64,000 bases of DNA, from NCBI GenBank assembly GCA_964187785.1, contig OZ076413.1, positions 45,014,001 through 45,078,000 on the forward strand, written 5' to 3'. The position numbers were made by a program, and so were the translations under genes. Origin of the DNA: Amphiscolops sp. MND2022 (lineage: Eukaryota). The notes under the pieces are model-generated. The model was not told the DNA's origin. It was given only the letters and a program-made list of their open reading frames with translations, and did not search any database. Positions 61,991 through 64,000 of the stretch are shown here, one piece after another (position 1 is the first letter of the stretch; each line of letters opens with the position of its first letter).

Positions 61991-62819
61991 TACAGATCTT
62001 TTACATGACCTACAAGGCTTTTCCAACATGAAAGTAGCAATAACAACTATATACATGTATCAAACCTTTTACAAACTCATATACATGCACACTAATACGC
62101 TATAACACGCTGATAGGACGAGTGTCCTACTTGTCCGAATATGTCCTGTGATTTCACGGCTAATGGGTGAAGGAAGAGAGAACATTTTGGCCGTAAGAAT
62201 ACCAATTTCGTGGACGAAAAGTAGATTCGAACAATCGTTTCATTTATAAACAGCATCGTGTACAATCCTTCTTTCAAATGGACAAAAGAGTGTCAAATCA
62301 AATTGACTACAAAATCCAAACCACATTGAAACTTGTTCCTTAGCTCATCTTCACTGACTTGCAAAGCTTTTTTGTCTATTCGTTGTGCTTTATGTCCATT
62401 TTATTTCACAGAACTGTAGTCTTTCTAGTGGCGGAGCTTGCGCGCTCCCGTAGCAAAAGAAGCTTTAGTCCAAAACTGAAAAATCTGAAATAAAAACACC
62501 AATGCAAAAAGATCTTTCAGCTGTCAATAGCCGCAATAAACATTATAACCCTCGAAGGTGATTCAATACTGGCAGATGCCACCCAGAAAACCTAGCTCTC
62601 GAACTGGTGCTAAAAAATCACGTTTTTTTGTAAAAATACATAGTTGTAAAGTAAAAACCATAGGATCAGAGACGCCGCTATTCCTACAACCGCTAGCAAA
62701 CAAGGATTCGTCCTTGTTCCAAGATGTTTTCACAACACTGGAAGCATCCCTGTTCCTGGACGAGGTCCTGCAGTGCTTGCCGGGGACGACAAGCCAGAAG
62801 CCCGGAGAGTGGTGTAACT

Positions 62820-63355
62820 GCATCCTGTGCTCAACGAAATTTTGACACCTATTTTGAAAAATTAGTTCAAAACTGACGTGGCACCCAAGCATGAATTTGG
62901 CCAAGTACCTGTCAGCAGAAAGTGTAAAAAGACGGTCGGAGAAGCCGCCCCGCGAGAGTGAACGTGACGAGCATGTAGAAAGACCAGAAAACCACTCAAA
63001 TCAGCAAATCCACGGGAAGGTTAGAATTGGAATTGAACCTCTGCCAAGCTATTGTCTTGGTTCACATACAACATACGGTAAGCTTTTAGAAGAAAGCCGA
63101 GTTTAAAAGCATAATTATTAGAAGGAATAATTGAATTTATCAGGGTGCACTCCAGATAATGTTTTGTGACGGCATCCTGTGATCAACGAAATTTTGACAA
63201 ATTTTGAAATTTTTGTTCAAAAGTGACGTGTCACACAAACATGATTTGGCCAAGTACCTGTTAGCAGAAAAAGTAAAAAGACGGTAGAAGAAGTCATACC
63301 GCGAAAGAGAACCTGACGAACGCGTGCAAATACAGAAAAAACAGCTAGAATTAGC
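62820..63355. repeat. Diverged ~190-bp direct repeat (62820-63010 and 63173-63355)
   Basis: catcctgtg.tcaacgaaattttgaca...ttggccaagtacctgt.agcagaaa..gtaaaaagacggt present twice. Confidence 0.75.
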
Positions 63356-64000
63356 AAAACCGCGGTGTTTGTCTGCCGCAATCAGGGTTCTTAAGATTTG
63401 AACCAGATTTGAACCTGAAGACTGTATCCGTGCCCGGGTGCTGTGCTCAGCCCGAGCGCTGGTGCTATGCCGCCCGAATATCCTCAACTTTCGCCGAACT
63501 GGGCTTCGTTATCATAATTTGTGTACTGTTGTTGTGTAATTAATAATCAGCTCGAGGGCTATTTTCTAGTTTGTCGCATTTACTCAGATTCCCGCTGGAG
63601 AAATTCAGTTATCTACGACTTTGTTGGTTTTACAAGCACAAGCTATCTACCTACGCGGTGGGTGGTTGTGAAGAGCAAAAGCACAATGCTCGTGATTCCT
63701 AGCAATTACAGACTGGTATCAGGCCAGAGAGCATCCTTAGAGACGGTTCCCCTCCTCGGGACCGATTATCTTTAGGAGGACAAAATGAGCTGATATCACG
63801 GTGGTTTGTCCCGGACCATATCCATGGTACCAGTTCCTCCACTCCAATGTCACGATATAAGCGCTCAGCGCTTGCTGTTAAATTTAATAATTTGCGTAGA
63901 TTTTATGTTACATATAAGTACAAACATAAATTTAATATAGACCCTGAAAAGGCTTCCCATAAGCACAGAGGCTTTTCGAGGGGAAACTTTTTGAAACAGA

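Larger units (their letters stand above)
52291..62310 (-). mobile_element. E5: old degenerate Gypsy element with the E3 architecture (boundaries approximate)
   Basis: LTR-like homology between ~52730-53000 and ~62030-62310; interior holds pol remnants (-), an antisense zinc-finger gene (+) and a SIM-like ORF (-). Confidence 0.75.

Overview
AT-rich eukaryotic (invertebrate-like, short GT-AG introns) genomic DNA dominated by transposable elements, with one 200-N assembly gap at 18560-18759. It holds five Ty3/Gypsy LTR retrotransposons. Two have short LTRs and degenerate gag-pol: E1 (3595-8903, +, TSD CGATA) and E2 (11940-21280, -, internally duplicated). Three belong to a long-LTR lineage: E3 (21327-32724, -, TSD AAAGT, young), E4 (45602-50929, +, TSD CCATG, deleted) and E5 (~52291-62310, -, old). 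The most notable feature is an accessory cassette shared by these three between pol and the 3' LTR. It comprises (i) an antisense multi-exon gene (7 phase-compatible coding exons in E3) for a zinc-finger protein resembling a catalytically dead hAT DNA transposase and (ii) a divergently oriented acidic ORF rich in SIM-like motifs; in E3 and E4 the two are separated by tandem repeats carrying GACGTC motifs. Host content is a minus-strand cluster of three paralogous six-cysteine TSR-like terminal exons, one of which joins a signal-peptide/PAN-like exon into a ~199-aa secreted protein. Other features are several long palindromes with a single-base centre, HINE/Helentron-like elements, a TCTTGCAAGA-rich MITE-like family, a tRNA-like SINE head, minisatellites and possible Polinton remnants. 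All calls come from reading the sequence by eye; no database searches were run.
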